64,000 bases of DNA from contig CAVZQN010000006.1 of assembly GCA_963777505.1 (NCBI GenBank), forward strand, positions 64,001 to 128,000, read 5' to 3'. This DNA comes from an uncultured bacterium. Lineage in GTDB: Bacteria > Acidobacteriota > HRBIN11 > JAKEFK01. Below the pieces are notes generated by a model that had not been told where the DNA came from, did no database searches, and saw only the letters and a program-made list of their open reading frames with translations. Positions 43,805-53,626 of this stretch are shown here, one piece after another (the stretch's first letter is position 1; every line of letters begins with the position of its first letter). A program made the translations under genes and the position numbers.

Positions 43805-45121
43805 CTAAGTAGTTTTAATCGTTTCAATTAGGGTGTTGATTTCGTTTTGCAAAATCGGATCCCTCTTTAAAGACTCCTGAATTTTATTTACGGAATGAAT
43901 AACGGTGGAATGATGTTTTCCTCCAAATACTTTTCCAATTTCAGGCAGCGAAAGTGGTGTCATCTGTTTGCAGAGAAACATTGAAACCTGCCTGGGGAGT
44001 ACGATCTTTCTTGAGTTGTCTTTTGATTTCAAAGCCTCCGCCTTTAATTGGTAGTACTGAGCAACAACTTCCATGATTAGATCCGCAGTAATGACGCGAT
44101 CTTCAGTATTGATCAAAGGTTTAAGCACTTCCTTTGCAAGCTGAAGATCAATGGCTCTACCAGTCAAGGAATGCATCGCAAGCATTCTGTTGAGGCAACC
44201 TTCCATTGTTCGAATATTGTTTTTTACACGGCTTGCAATAAACCAGGCAACATCATCGGCAAGATACGCACTCACTTTGTGAGCCTTCTTATGAAGAATG
44301 GCTACCTTTGTTTCCACATCAGGTTCCTGAATGTCTGCAATCAGGCCACCTTGAAATCTTGAATGAAGCCGCTCTCTTAATCCGGGAATTTCTCGCGGCA
44401 GCATATCGGACGCCATCACAAGTTGTTTTTGGTTTTCATAAAGTGCATTGAATGTATGAAAAAACTCTTCCTGTGTTTGAGCTTTGCCTTGCAGTTGATG
44501 AATATCATCGACAAGCAATAAGTCGGCTGTGCGGTATTTTTCTCTGAACGCTTGCGTGCGTTCTAACCGCAGCGATTTTATAAATTCATTTGTAAATTCT
44601 TCTGTGCTTATGTAAATCAGTTTCATTTTTGGATTTGCATCGTATGCAGCCAAACCGATTGCATGAAGCAAATGCGTTTTTCCAAGTCCTGAACCGCCAT
44701 AAATAAACAAAGGGTTATAGGCTCGGCTTAAGTTTGTGGCTACTGCGCGAGCTGCGGCATGGGCGAACTGATTAAAGGGTCCAGCTACGAAATCGTCAAA
44801 GGAATACCTTGGATTCAAATGAGGCGTAATCGAAGGTTCAACTTCCCTCTTTTCTTCTGCTTGAAGGGTTAGCTGAGTCGGCCCTACGCCTTCTGTCACA
44901 AAATCGATCTGAATATCTTTTAAATCGCTTTGGGCCAAAATATCCTCGATAAGGGGGATATACCTCTCTCGGATATGCTCCCGAAACCGGTCGTTTGGCA
45001 CCTTAACACGCACCTTTTTATCGTCCTGAGAAATTTCATAGGTGGGGCGGAGCCAATCGTTATAGGCTTGGGAACTGACCTTTTTTTTCAGAGATTCTAA
45101 GACAGCACTCCAGATATTCAT
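43805..45121 (-). CDS. dnaA: Chromosomal replication initiator DnaA
   Basis: YNPLFIYGGSGLGKTHL, QEEFFHTFN, SLPEIG, HSTV. Confidence 0.98.
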   Translation of the reverse strand: MNIWSAVLESLKKKVSSQAYNDWLRPTYEISQDDKKVRVKVPNDRFREHIRERYIPLIEDILAQSDLKDIQIDFVTEGVGPTQLTLQAEEKREVEPSITPHLNPRYSFDDFVAGPFNQFAHAAARAVATNLSRAYNPLFIYGGSGLGKTHLLHAIGLAAYDANPKMKLIYISTEEFTNEFIKSLRLERTQAFREKYRTADLLLVDDIHQLQGKAQTQEEFFHTFNALYENQKQLVMASDMLPREIPGLRERLHSRFQGGLIADIQEPDVETKVAILHKKAHKVSAYLADDVAWFIASRVKNNIRTMEGCLNRMLAMHSLTGRAIDLQLAKEVLKPLINTEDRVITADLIMEVVAQYYQLKAEALKSKDNSRKIVLPRQVSMFLCKQMTPLSLPEIGKVFGGKHHSTVIHSVNKIQESLKRDPILQNEINTLIETIKTT

Positions 45122-45154
45122 ATAGTGGGATCCGGCCTCCCCAATCTGCGCGAA

Positions 45155-45299
45155 ATTTCCACAGAATTTTCCACAAATGTTGAAATTTATCGGGACGGTT
45201 CCGCATGGTGACTTGCCCTTCTGTAACTCCTTGATTTTAAAGGGCTTGGATCGTGCCGGATGTACGTTAAATTATACCATAACCACGAGATGGACACAA
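45155..45299 (-). promoter_or_regulatory. dnaA promoter region: DnaA boxes, IHF site, sigma70 promoter
   Basis: ATTTCCACA 45155, TTTTCCACA 45167, TGTTGAAAT 45178; minus strand AATCAAGGAGTTA 45224-45236; TTGTGT-N17-TATAAT with TG extension (45271-45299). Confidence 0.7.
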
Positions 45300-45378
45300 G
45301 GAAAAGTTTGATTCCAAAATGCGCTGGATAATACCATTTTTCATTGGTACTATTATTACCCATAAGTGGAGAAAAATC

Positions 45379-45984
45379 ATGGGCTTACAAGCAAAGTGCA
45401 CTGCGTACCTGGATGGCAAACGTTCGATAGGAAATGCACTGCTTGAAAGCGATCAGCTCATCTTTCGTGGTGACTATCGCATAACCGTGCCATTTAAGGC
45501 CATAAAACGGCTCTCTGAGGCCGCAGGAAAGCTTTCAGTTGAGTCTGATAACCGTTTGCTTGTTCTGGACCTTGGAAAGGAAGCCAGGAAGTGGAAAGAC
45601 AAGATCACCAAGCCAAAATCGTTGCTGGAAAAGTTAGGGATAAAAAACGGGATAAAGCTGATCGTGCGAAATGTGGATGACCCTGGTTTTCTGAAAGAGT
45701 TAAAAGAAAGAGAAATTGAGTATCAGACAAGAACTTCAAAGATGTCTGACATGATTCTTCTTCAAGCTGATTCGAAAGAGAGTCTTGGTTCTGTTGGTTC
45801 TTTAGCAAAAACTCTTACAAAAAACGGAACGCTTTGGATTATTTATCCAAAAGGAAAAAAAGAAATAACACAGGAAGATATTTTCAAAGCAGGTAAATTA
45901 GCAGGTTTTGTTGATATAAAAGTCGTATCATTTTCTTCTACGCACACCGCATTGAAATTTGTCATACCTGTTTCAAAGCGGTAA
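45379..45984 (+). CDS. Hypothetical protein (C-terminal DUF3052-like domain)
   Basis: LLEKLGIK, LWIIYPK, GFVDIKVVSFS..HTALKFVIP; GGAG RBS. Confidence 0.65.
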   Translation: MGLQAKCTAYLDGKRSIGNALLESDQLIFRGDYRITVPFKAIKRLSEAAGKLSVESDNRLLVLDLGKEARKWKDKITKPKSLLEKLGIKNGIKLIVRNVDDPGFLKELKEREIEYQTRTSKMSDMILLQADSKESLGSVGSLAKTLTKNGTLWIIYPKGKKEITQEDIFKAGKLAGFVDIKVVSFSSTHTALKFVIPVSKR

Positions 45985-46008
45985 TTTTGCATCTCTGCGG
46001 TAAATTTT

Positions 46009-48711
46009 ATGGATCGTACTCAACTTCAGAAAACAGGAAAACCTCGTTTGTACATCGTAGATGGCAACGGTTACCTCTACCGCGCATTTTTTGCACTTCC
46101 GAAGATGAACAACAGCAAAGGTGTGTCTACAAACGCTGTTTATGGATTTACAAACATGATCCGCAAACTGCTGATTGAAGAAAAGCCTGATTACTTTGCT
46201 GTAGCTTTCGATGGAAAGGAAAAAACTTTCCGTCATGATTCCTATCAGGACTATAAGATCGATCGTCCCGGGATGGCTGATGATCTCGTTCAGCAAATTC
46301 CATACATTCGCAGAATTTGTGAAGTGATGAATTTGCCAATCCTTGAAAAGCCAGGGTTTGAAGCTGACGATGTGATTGCCACTTTAATGGAGCAGGCAAA
46401 AGATGAAGGCATGACCGGCGTTGTGGTGACCTCAGACAAGGATTTGCTGCAGCTTGTGGGTGGCGATATTTATACGCTAGATCCGATGAAAGATTACTTT
46501 GTTTATGACGTTAAAGCTGTGGAAGAAAAATGGGGTGTACCGCCTGAACAAATTGTTGATTTACTGGCGATCACTGGAGACAGCATAGACAACATTCCAG
46601 GAGTAAAAGGGATTGGACCTAAAGGCGCGCTTGAATTAATTCAAAGATTCGGAAATGTTGAAAAGCTTCTTGAAAATATTGAAAGTGTAGAGAAAAAATC
46701 TCATCGCCAAAAAATTGAAGAAAGCCGCAAAGATTTAGTGCTTTCTAAAGACCTTGTTCAGCTCAGGCGGAATGTACCGATTGATGTAAAGATTCAATCT
46801 TTGAAAGCAGGGAAGCCTGATGTTGATGCGGCCAGAAATCTATTCCTGGATCTTGAGTTTTATTCAATCTTGAATGATTACCTCACGAAGATTGCCTCCA
46901 GAGGCGCGTGTTACGAGATCATTGATTCTGAAGCAAAACTCGATTCACTGGTTCAGAAGCTTTCTGCGGCTGAACGGATTGCATTGTTTTGTCAAATTGC
47001 GCCAGAGACAAGGTTTCGTGGTCCGTTAATTGGAATCTCAGTCAGTATTGATTCAAAAGCCGGCTGGTATATTCCGGTCGGTCATGCAACGGGGTTAAAC
47101 GACGCTGAGCAAATTCCGTTAAAAACAGTGCTTGAACGTTTCCGTACCGTTCTCGAAAGTGATCATCCGATAAAGACCGCCTTTAATTTAAAGAACCAGA
47201 TATTGATCCTGCGTAATCATGGAATTGAATTAAAAGGTGGTCAATACGATCCAATGGTTCAATCGTATGTCTTGAATCCGACACGGCATGCTCACCGAAT
47301 GGAAGATCTTGCAAAAGAATACATTCAGTACCAGTCAATGGTCTGGAAAGATTTTGCAGGCACTGGACAAAAACTCAAACCAGCTGCCGAACTGAATATG
47401 CGCGTGCTCGCGGATTTCGGATGCGAATTCACAGACATGGCTCTCGAAGTTACTCGCAACCTGGAAGCAGATTTAGAAAAACAAGGGCTGGACCGCTTTT
47501 ACTTTGATGTTGAACAGCCATTAATCCGCGTTCTTGCAGAAGTTGAATGGAATGGCGTCAAGATTGATTTGAAAACTTTGGAACGGCTTTCTCAAGAGAT
47601 GGGAAAGAATCTCGATCGTTTAGTTGCTGAAATTTATGAACTGGCGGGCGGTGAGTTCAATATCAATTCGCCAAAACAAATCGGTGAAGTTTTGTTTGAA
47701 CGGTTAAAACTTCCGATGGTGAAGAAGACTCGCAAGACCCGCGATTTCAGCACAAGCGTTGAAGTGCTTGAAGAACTTGCTCAAGACTACGAGTTGCCGC
47801 AAAAAATTCTTGAATACCGTCAATTCACAAAACTGAAATCAACATATGTTGACGCTCTTCCTTTGCTGATGGATCGACACGGTCGCGTGCATACGGATTA
47901 TCAACAGACTGTCGCTGCAACAGGTCGTTTAAGCAGCACCGATCCAAATCTGCAAAATATTCCAATCCGTACACCATGGGGAAGATTAATACGTGATGCA
48001 TTTATTGCGGATGAAGGAAATTGGTTGATCTCCGCAGATTATTCACAAATTGAACTGCGTGTTATGGCGCATCTTTCGAACGATGAAACTTTGATCGATT
48101 CATTTATGAAGAACGAAGACATTCATGCGCGTACGGCATCCGAAGTTTTTGGGGTGCCAATGGAGCAGATGACCAAAGACATTCGAAATCGCGCGAAAGC
48201 GATCAACTACGGAATCAATTACGGTCAGAGCCCTTTTGGATTATCACAGCTTCTTGGAATCGATCAGAAGGAAGCCAAACAATATATTGACCGATATTTT
48301 GAGAAGTACGCGAAAATAAAAGCTTATCTTGAAAGCACTTTGGAATTTGTTCGTGAGCATGGTTATGTCACGACTCTTTTTGGCCGGCGTCGTTATATTC
48401 CTGAAATTCGCAGCCGTGACCGGATGGTATTCCTTGCGGCACAACGAGCTGCAATTAATACTCCACTCCAAGGAACTGCCGCAGATATCATTAAGCTAGC
48501 AATGATTTCAATTCAGAATGAGCTTGAAAAAAGCAAATCATCTGCCCGGATGATCATGCAGGTACACGATGAACTTGTATTCGAAGTGAGTGATGCGGAA
48601 AAGCATGACGTCTCAGAAATGGTCAGGGAGAAGATGGAAAATGTTCATAAGCTTGTTGTTCCACTCACAGTAGACTTAAGTATCGGAAAAAATTGGCGCG
48701 AAGCTAAGTAG
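46009..48711 (+). CDS. polA: DNA polymerase I
   Basis: 5' nuclease DG..YRAFFA, EADD, GD..DNIPG; polymerase ADYSQIELR, KAINYG, QVHDEL. Confidence 0.98.
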   Translation: MDRTQLQKTGKPRLYIVDGNGYLYRAFFALPKMNNSKGVSTNAVYGFTNMIRKLLIEEKPDYFAVAFDGKEKTFRHDSYQDYKIDRPGMADDLVQQIPYIRRICEVMNLPILEKPGFEADDVIATLMEQAKDEGMTGVVVTSDKDLLQLVGGDIYTLDPMKDYFVYDVKAVEEKWGVPPEQIVDLLAITGDSIDNIPGVKGIGPKGALELIQRFGNVEKLLENIESVEKKSHRQKIEESRKDLVLSKDLVQLRRNVPIDVKIQSLKAGKPDVDAARNLFLDLEFYSILNDYLTKIASRGACYEIIDSEAKLDSLVQKLSAAERIALFCQIAPETRFRGPLIGISVSIDSKAGWYIPVGHATGLNDAEQIPLKTVLERFRTVLESDHPIKTAFNLKNQILILRNHGIELKGGQYDPMVQSYVLNPTRHAHRMEDLAKEYIQYQSMVWKDFAGTGQKLKPAAELNMRVLADFGCEFTDMALEVTRNLEADLEKQGLDRFYFDVEQPLIRVLAEVEWNGVKIDLKTLERLSQEMGKNLDRLVAEIYELAGGEFNINSPKQIGEVLFERLKLPMVKKTRKTRDFSTSVEVLEELAQDYELPQKILEYRQFTKLKSTYVDALPLLMDRHGRVHTDYQQTVAATGRLSSTDPNLQNIPIRTPWGRLIRDAFIADEGNWLISADYSQIELRVMAHLSNDETLIDSFMKNEDIHARTASEVFGVPMEQMTKDIRNRAKAINYGINYGQSPFGLSQLLGIDQKEAKQYIDRYFEKYAKIKAYLESTLEFVREHGYVTTLFGRRRYIPEIRSRDRMVFLAAQRAAINTPLQGTAADIIKLAMISIQNELEKSKSSARMIMQVHDELVFEVSDAEKHDVSEMVREKMENVHKLVVPLTVDLSIGKNWREAK

Positions 48712-48741
48712 TGGATGAGTTGGTTGTAGCTTCGCGTGACC

Positions 48742-48773
48742 GCAGGGGAGCGGAGGAGCAGGGGAGCAAGGGA
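48742..48773 (+). repeat. Tandem 8-bp repeat (GCRRGGGA-like) x4
   Basis: GCAGGGGA GCGGAGGA GCAGGGGA GCAAGGGA. Confidence 0.75.
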
Positions 48774-48781
48774 GAAATGGT

Positions 48782-50245
48782 ATGAAAAGTTGGATTCTGG
48801 GACTGTTATTTTTGGTTCTTTTTTGTTTTCAAAGTTGGGGTGTGGATAAGGAACTAAAAGCGGATCTTGTGAAGCGTCGCGCGGAACTTGCTTCCAGGAT
48901 TGGCGACAACGGAATGCTCATTGTTTTTAGTGCACCGGAACGCCCCAAGACCGGCGATGTTTTTTATGAGTATCGCCAATCAAATAATTTGTACTATCTA
49001 ACAGGCATCACGCAATCAGAAACAACACTTGTGCTGATGCCCGGAAATGCTACGAGAAAAGAAATCATCTTTGTTAAAGAACGAAATCCTGAACGAGAAA
49101 CATGGACAGGAAAAATTTTGAGCCGTGATGAAGTCAAAGAAATATCAGGCATTCAAAATGTTTACAACAGTTCCGAATTTGAAACATTTATGAGCACGAT
49201 TTTGAACTTGCAACCATACGATTTGCCTCGTTATGGGCTTTCAACGGAGTACGACAAGTTTTTTGAAAATCTTAAAAACACTCAGGCCAATATTCATTTA
49301 ATCTTAGAAGATGAACAAACATTATCGGGTGATTTGACGGGTAACTCTGACTTCGCTAAGCGGCTAAAGGAGCGATTCATTGGTTTTACAATTCGAAATG
49401 CATGGCCTGATTTGACTGAAATGCGGCAGGTGAAATCGCCGTATGAAATCAAGATCCTGAAGATCGCAGCGGATATTACAGCCGATGCACTCCTTCGCGC
49501 TTATAAGACAACCAAACCTGGTGTCTGGGAGTATGAGGTTGAATCAGTCGTAGAAGAAACGTACAAACGAAGAAACGCATTTGATTGGGGATTTCCATCG
49601 ATCATTGCTTCAGGATCCAATGCAACGACTCTTCACTATGAAGCCAATCAAATGCAGATGAAAGCCGGGGAGTTGTTGTTAATGGATGTCGGTGCCGAAT
49701 ATCAGTTCTATACGGCTGATATAACCAGGACAATTCCAGTAAACGGAAAATTCTCGCCGGAACAAACAGAGGTATATAACATTGTTTTGCAAGCTCAAGA
49801 AGCAGCTTTGAAGGCAATCAAGCCTGGCGTGAAATTACCCGATGTTCATAAAGCAGGAACAGAAGTTGTAAAAGAGGGTTTGAAGAAACTTGGTCTGATA
49901 ACAGATACAACTGGAGATCAACACAAGATCTGGTTCATGCATGGCGTAAGCCATTGGCTGGGAATGGATGTGCATGATACTGGAGATCGCGCACGGGCGC
50001 TTGAGCCGGGAATGGCATTTACAGTTGAACCTGGAATTTATATTCGGGAAGACGCGCTTGACCATCTGCCGCGAACTTCAGAAAACGAAAAATTTATCGC
50101 TGCAGTAAAGCCAGCATTTGAAAAGTACAAAAATATCGGCATCAGAATCGAAGATGATGTGGTTGTAACCACAAACGGTTATGAAAACATTTCCAGCAAA
50201 GTTCCCCGAACAATTTCAGAAATTGAAAAAGTGATGAAAGACTAA
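48782..50245 (+). CDS. pepP: Xaa-Pro aminopeptidase (M24B) with signal peptide
   Basis: YYLTGI, TLHY, DVGAE..YTADITRT, HGVSHWLGMDVHD, TVEPGIY, GIRIEDD. Confidence 0.92.
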   Translation: MKSWILGLLFLVLFCFQSWGVDKELKADLVKRRAELASRIGDNGMLIVFSAPERPKTGDVFYEYRQSNNLYYLTGITQSETTLVLMPGNATRKEIIFVKERNPERETWTGKILSRDEVKEISGIQNVYNSSEFETFMSTILNLQPYDLPRYGLSTEYDKFFENLKNTQANIHLILEDEQTLSGDLTGNSDFAKRLKERFIGFTIRNAWPDLTEMRQVKSPYEIKILKIAADITADALLRAYKTTKPGVWEYEVESVVEETYKRRNAFDWGFPSIIASGSNATTLHYEANQMQMKAGELLLMDVGAEYQFYTADITRTIPVNGKFSPEQTEVYNIVLQAQEAALKAIKPGVKLPDVHKAGTEVVKEGLKKLGLITDTTGDQHKIWFMHGVSHWLGMDVHDTGDRARALEPGMAFTVEPGIYIREDALDHLPRTSENEKFIAAVKPAFEKYKNIGIRIEDDVVVTTNGYENISSKVPRTISEIEKVMKD

Positions 50246-50261
50246 TCACAGAGTCGCAAAG

Positions 50262-50921
50262 ATGGCTTGGCAAATTGATTGCGTTGTTGTTGGTCCAATT
50301 CAATGTAATTGTTATATCCTTTCGGATTCCATTACACGACAGGCTTACCTGATTGATCCAGGTGCAGAATCCAAACAACTCTTGAGCTTCCTGGATAAGA
50401 AGAAGTTTGATCTGAAAGCGGCATTGATCACGCATGCTCATCTGGATCATGTCGGTGGAATTCAAACGCTTCAGTCTTCGTTTCCGCTCCCGGTTTTTTA
50501 TCATGCAGGCGATCAACCGTTATATACGAATTTGGAAATGCAGGCTTCCTTATTCGGATTCAGCTTAAGCCAACTTCAAGCTTCTCAACCAACGGTGGGG
50601 GAATCTTCTTTACAACATGAACAGGAGTTTCCTTTTTCGTCGGGTGCACTCCAGGTCATACATACGCCAGGACACACTCCAGGCAGTGTTTGTTTTCACG
50701 CAAAAGGGGAGATGCAGGCGTTGTTTACTGGAGATACTTTATTTGAAGGATCGATCGGAAGAACCGATCTCTGGGGCGGATCATTTGAACAAATAATGGA
50801 TTCAATTCGCAACAGATTATTGACTCTTGATGATGATTTATCTGTTCTACCTGGCCATGGGGCTTCCACAACGATCGGAGAAGAGCGAGAAAACAATCCA
50901 TTTCTTCAACGCCGAAGTTAG
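50262..50921 (+). CDS. MBL-fold metallo-hydrolase (glyoxalase II-like)
   Basis: THAHLDH, TPGHTPG, GDTLF..SIGRTD, PGHG. Confidence 0.92.
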   Translation: MAWQIDCVVVGPIQCNCYILSDSITRQAYLIDPGAESKQLLSFLDKKKFDLKAALITHAHLDHVGGIQTLQSSFPLPVFYHAGDQPLYTNLEMQASLFGFSLSQLQASQPTVGESSLQHEQEFPFSSGALQVIHTPGHTPGSVCFHAKGEMQALFTGDTLFEGSIGRTDLWGGSFEQIMDSIRNRLLTLDDDLSVLPGHGASTTIGEERENNPFLQRRS

Positions 50922-50931
50922 AAAAAAGAAA

Positions 50932-52365
50932 TCATTTGTGAACATAAATGTAATAGCCGTCGAGGCGCCCTGCTAATTTATATTCTTCATTAGCTGTTTT
51001 AAGTACACTCGTTGGAATTCGTGTTACGCGCTGCCATGTCATAGGATGTTCAAAAGGGTTCGTCATAATGAAAAATTCAACCCTGCCTTGTTTTAAAATT
51101 GACAATAATTCGGCAGAGTTCCACTCACCAGTTTTTTCGAGATAGCTATACGGAAATGGCTCGACAAGAAACGGATGCTGCGAAGCAAGAGATATTCGGG
51201 GATTATCGCTGATTACAATACCTTTTGCGTCACTTGCTAACTTCCGTACTTTTTCATCATGTTGAAAATGGATTCCTTTCAATGAGTGAACCATAAAGTT
51301 GATTTGAGGCAAAATCAAAATCGCAAATATTGTAGCCAGGAGAGTTCTGGAAGGGGACATTGTTTGTAGGTTCCGGCGTAATGCTTCTGGAATGAGCAGG
51401 CATCCTGCTGCGAGAGGTTCGAGGAAATAGTTTGCGCTGGATCCTGATTTGGCGGAAGTAAATAGTGCCCAAACTAAAGGAAGCAAAAAGTAAATTGAAG
51501 GTAGATTTTTCCAAAACTGACTTTTCAACCCCGAAAAACTGAGTATGAAAACAAGAGTTGCACTTTGAAAGGCTAATATAGTCACCAGCCTGACATTGAT
51601 AAAACTCATCGGTGCAATGTTAGAACCTACAATATTCAGGGTACTCATTCCGCCGGTGAGTTGATGCAGTCCAAACCAAATCACGATAATTGAGAAAGAA
51701 ATCAAAGCAAAGAAGAGGATCGCCTCACGATATTTCTTGTTTACAAGAAGATAAAGAAAAGTTGCTGCTAAACCGCTGACCAGTGTCTGTTTGGTATAAA
51801 AGGCGAGAACAAAAAGCGGTATGCTCAGATATAGCCCACGCTTTCCACAGTGAGCAACTATCAATACTCCGGCAATTGAAAATAATACTCCTGGCAGATC
51901 AGCACGATTTGTGCAAGCTGTGGGCCAAAGAAGATAACTTCCCAGGAATATCAAAGCAGAAAGAAAAGACAAATTTCTGTTTGCTGTAATCCGCTGAGAA
52001 TTCCAGTAAATTAACGCCGCCAGAATCAGTGCGAAGCCAATCATAAGCTGGCGACCTCTGGTAAAAAGTTGGTCCACATCAAGCGAGAACAAATTCTTAA
52101 CTCCCGCCAGGATGAAATAATACACAGGCGTATATGGAGTTAAATTGTAGGGCGGACGACGAAAATCGGTATAAAGCGGTTTTCCTTCAGCGAGATTTTG
52201 AGCATGAAGAATAAAAAGACTTTCCGGAACCGATGTTTCTCCCGGATTTGAAGTTTGAACCCATAAATGAGCAAGGTTTAAAGCGGCTACAACAATGGTT
52301 AAGCCAAAAAGAAAATAGATGAGATATTTTTCTGAAGTCTTTGATGAACTTTCCAGTTGGGTCAA
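50932..52365 (-). CDS. Polytopic membrane protein, probable GT-C (ArnT-like) glycosyltransferase
   Basis: G.PLY, YTPVYY, RADL, FYTKQT, NYFLE; many TM helices. Confidence 0.65.
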   Translation of the reverse strand: MTQLESSSKTSEKYLIYFLFGLTIVVAALNLAHLWVQTSNPGETSVPESLFILHAQNLAEGKPLYTDFRRPPYNLTPYTPVYYFILAGVKNLFSLDVDQLFTRGRQLMIGFALILAALIYWNSQRITANRNLSFLSALIFLGSYLLWPTACTNRADLPGVLFSIAGVLIVAHCGKRGLYLSIPLFVLAFYTKQTLVSGLAATFLYLLVNKKYREAILFFALISFSIIVIWFGLHQLTGGMSTLNIVGSNIAPMSFINVRLVTILAFQSATLVFILSFSGLKSQFWKNLPSIYFLLPLVWALFTSAKSGSSANYFLEPLAAGCLLIPEALRRNLQTMSPSRTLLATIFAILILPQINFMVHSLKGIHFQHDEKVRKLASDAKGIVISDNPRISLASQHPFLVEPFPYSYLEKTGEWNSAELLSILKQGRVEFFIMTNPFEHPMTWQRVTRIPTSVLKTANEEYKLAGRLDGYYIYVHK

Positions 52366-53531
52366 CGTGACAGCTTGTCCCGCGTCTTCTTTAATAACTC
52401 TACGGCGTTTCGTAATGTTTCCATTTTCTTCGGAAAGCCAAAACGTATTTTTCGAGAACCATTTTTTGAATTGCTATAAAAGCTGGATCCTGGTACAGCG
52501 GCAACACCTACATCTTTCACGAGTGCACGTGCAAATGATGTATCATCGGCAAATTCAAAATTGGTTATATCAGTCATGATGTAGTATGCGCCATAAGGTT
52601 TGTAGCAAACAAATCCTGATTCCTCTAATCCGCGCATAAGAAAATCGCGTCGTTCCAGATATTCAACTCGAAGTTTTTCGTAATACGAATCATCGAATCG
52701 CATCGCGACTGCCACAGCTTCCTGAAGCGGAGCAGGCGCGCCGACAGTAAGGAAGTCATGAACTTTGCGAATTGCTGAAGTGAACGACTCGCTCGCAATT
52801 GCGTATCCGACTCTCCAACCTGTTACGCTGTACGTCTTTGAGGCTGCATTAATCGTAACGGTTCGATCCGCCATGCCTTCCAGCGTCGCAATGCTGATAT
52901 GCTCTCTGCCTTCGTAAACGATGTGTTCATAAATTTCATCTGTGATCGCAACAACATCCCATTTCCGGCACAATCCAGAAATGAAATTCAGTTCCTCGCG
53001 GCTGAATACTTTCCCAGTCGGATTGTTTGGGGTATTGAGAATGATTGCCCGAGTATTGTTATTAAACAAACTTTCGAGTTCAGCGAAATCAAAATTCCAA
53101 TCAGGTTCGCGCAAAGAAATAAATCGTGGTAAGGCTCCGGATAAAATTGCATCGGGTCCGTAGTTTTCGTAAAAGGGCTCAAATACGATGACTTCTTCGC
53201 CGGGATTTACAAGAGCCAGAACTGTGGAGATCATGGCTTCGGTGGATCCGCATGTAACGGTTACATTCTTTTCAGGATCGACTTTTATTCCGTTATAACG
53301 CGCAGTTTTTTCTGCGATCGCATTTCGCAGGTTTTTGGATCCCCATGTAATTGCATATTGATTGATGTCATCATGAATCGCTTTGCAGGCCGCTTCCTTC
53401 ATCGCTTCAGGACATGAAAAATCGGGAAAGCCTTGCGCAAGATTAATCCCGTTATGCTGCTGACACAGTCGTGTCATCTCACGGATAACCGATTCAGTAA
53501 ACTGCTGCGACTTTTGCGAAATTTTAGGCAT
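52362..53531 (-). CDS. PLP-dependent class I/II aminotransferase
   Basis: INLAQGFPDF, NTPNNPTGK, DEIYEH, SKTYSVTGWRVG. Confidence 0.93.
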   Translation of the reverse strand: MPKISQKSQQFTESVIREMTRLCQQHNGINLAQGFPDFSCPEAMKEAACKAIHDDINQYAITWGSKNLRNAIAEKTARYNGIKVDPEKNVTVTCGSTEAMISTVLALVNPGEEVIVFEPFYENYGPDAILSGALPRFISLREPDWNFDFAELESLFNNNTRAIILNTPNNPTGKVFSREELNFISGLCRKWDVVAITDEIYEHIVYEGREHISIATLEGMADRTVTINAASKTYSVTGWRVGYAIASESFTSAIRKVHDFLTVGAPAPLQEAVAVAMRFDDSYYEKLRVEYLERRDFLMRGLEESGFVCYKPYGAYYIMTDITNFEFADDTSFARALVKDVGVAAVPGSSFYSNSKNGSRKIRFGFPKKMETLRNAVELLKKTRDKLSR

Positions 53532-53543
53532 GTGAATTTACGT

Positions 53544-53613
53544 TTGTAGTAGTGCCGTTCCGAGCGCTTTACGGCACTGCCTCGCATTCGCTCGGCTGCG
53601 TGCCTTACTACAA
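53544..53613. repeat. GTAG-type REP-like palindromic element
   Basis: Terminal inverted repeat TTGTAGTA...TACTACAA, internal AGTGCCGT/ACGGCACT hairpin; last 18 bp repeated exactly at 60752-60769. Confidence 0.6.
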
Positions 53614-53626
53614 GTCCTGTAACCTT

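Noticed and set aside
50262-50921. Metallo-beta-lactamase as an antibiotic-resistance gene
   Set aside because: No signal peptide, and the motifs fit the housekeeping glyoxalase II-like family.
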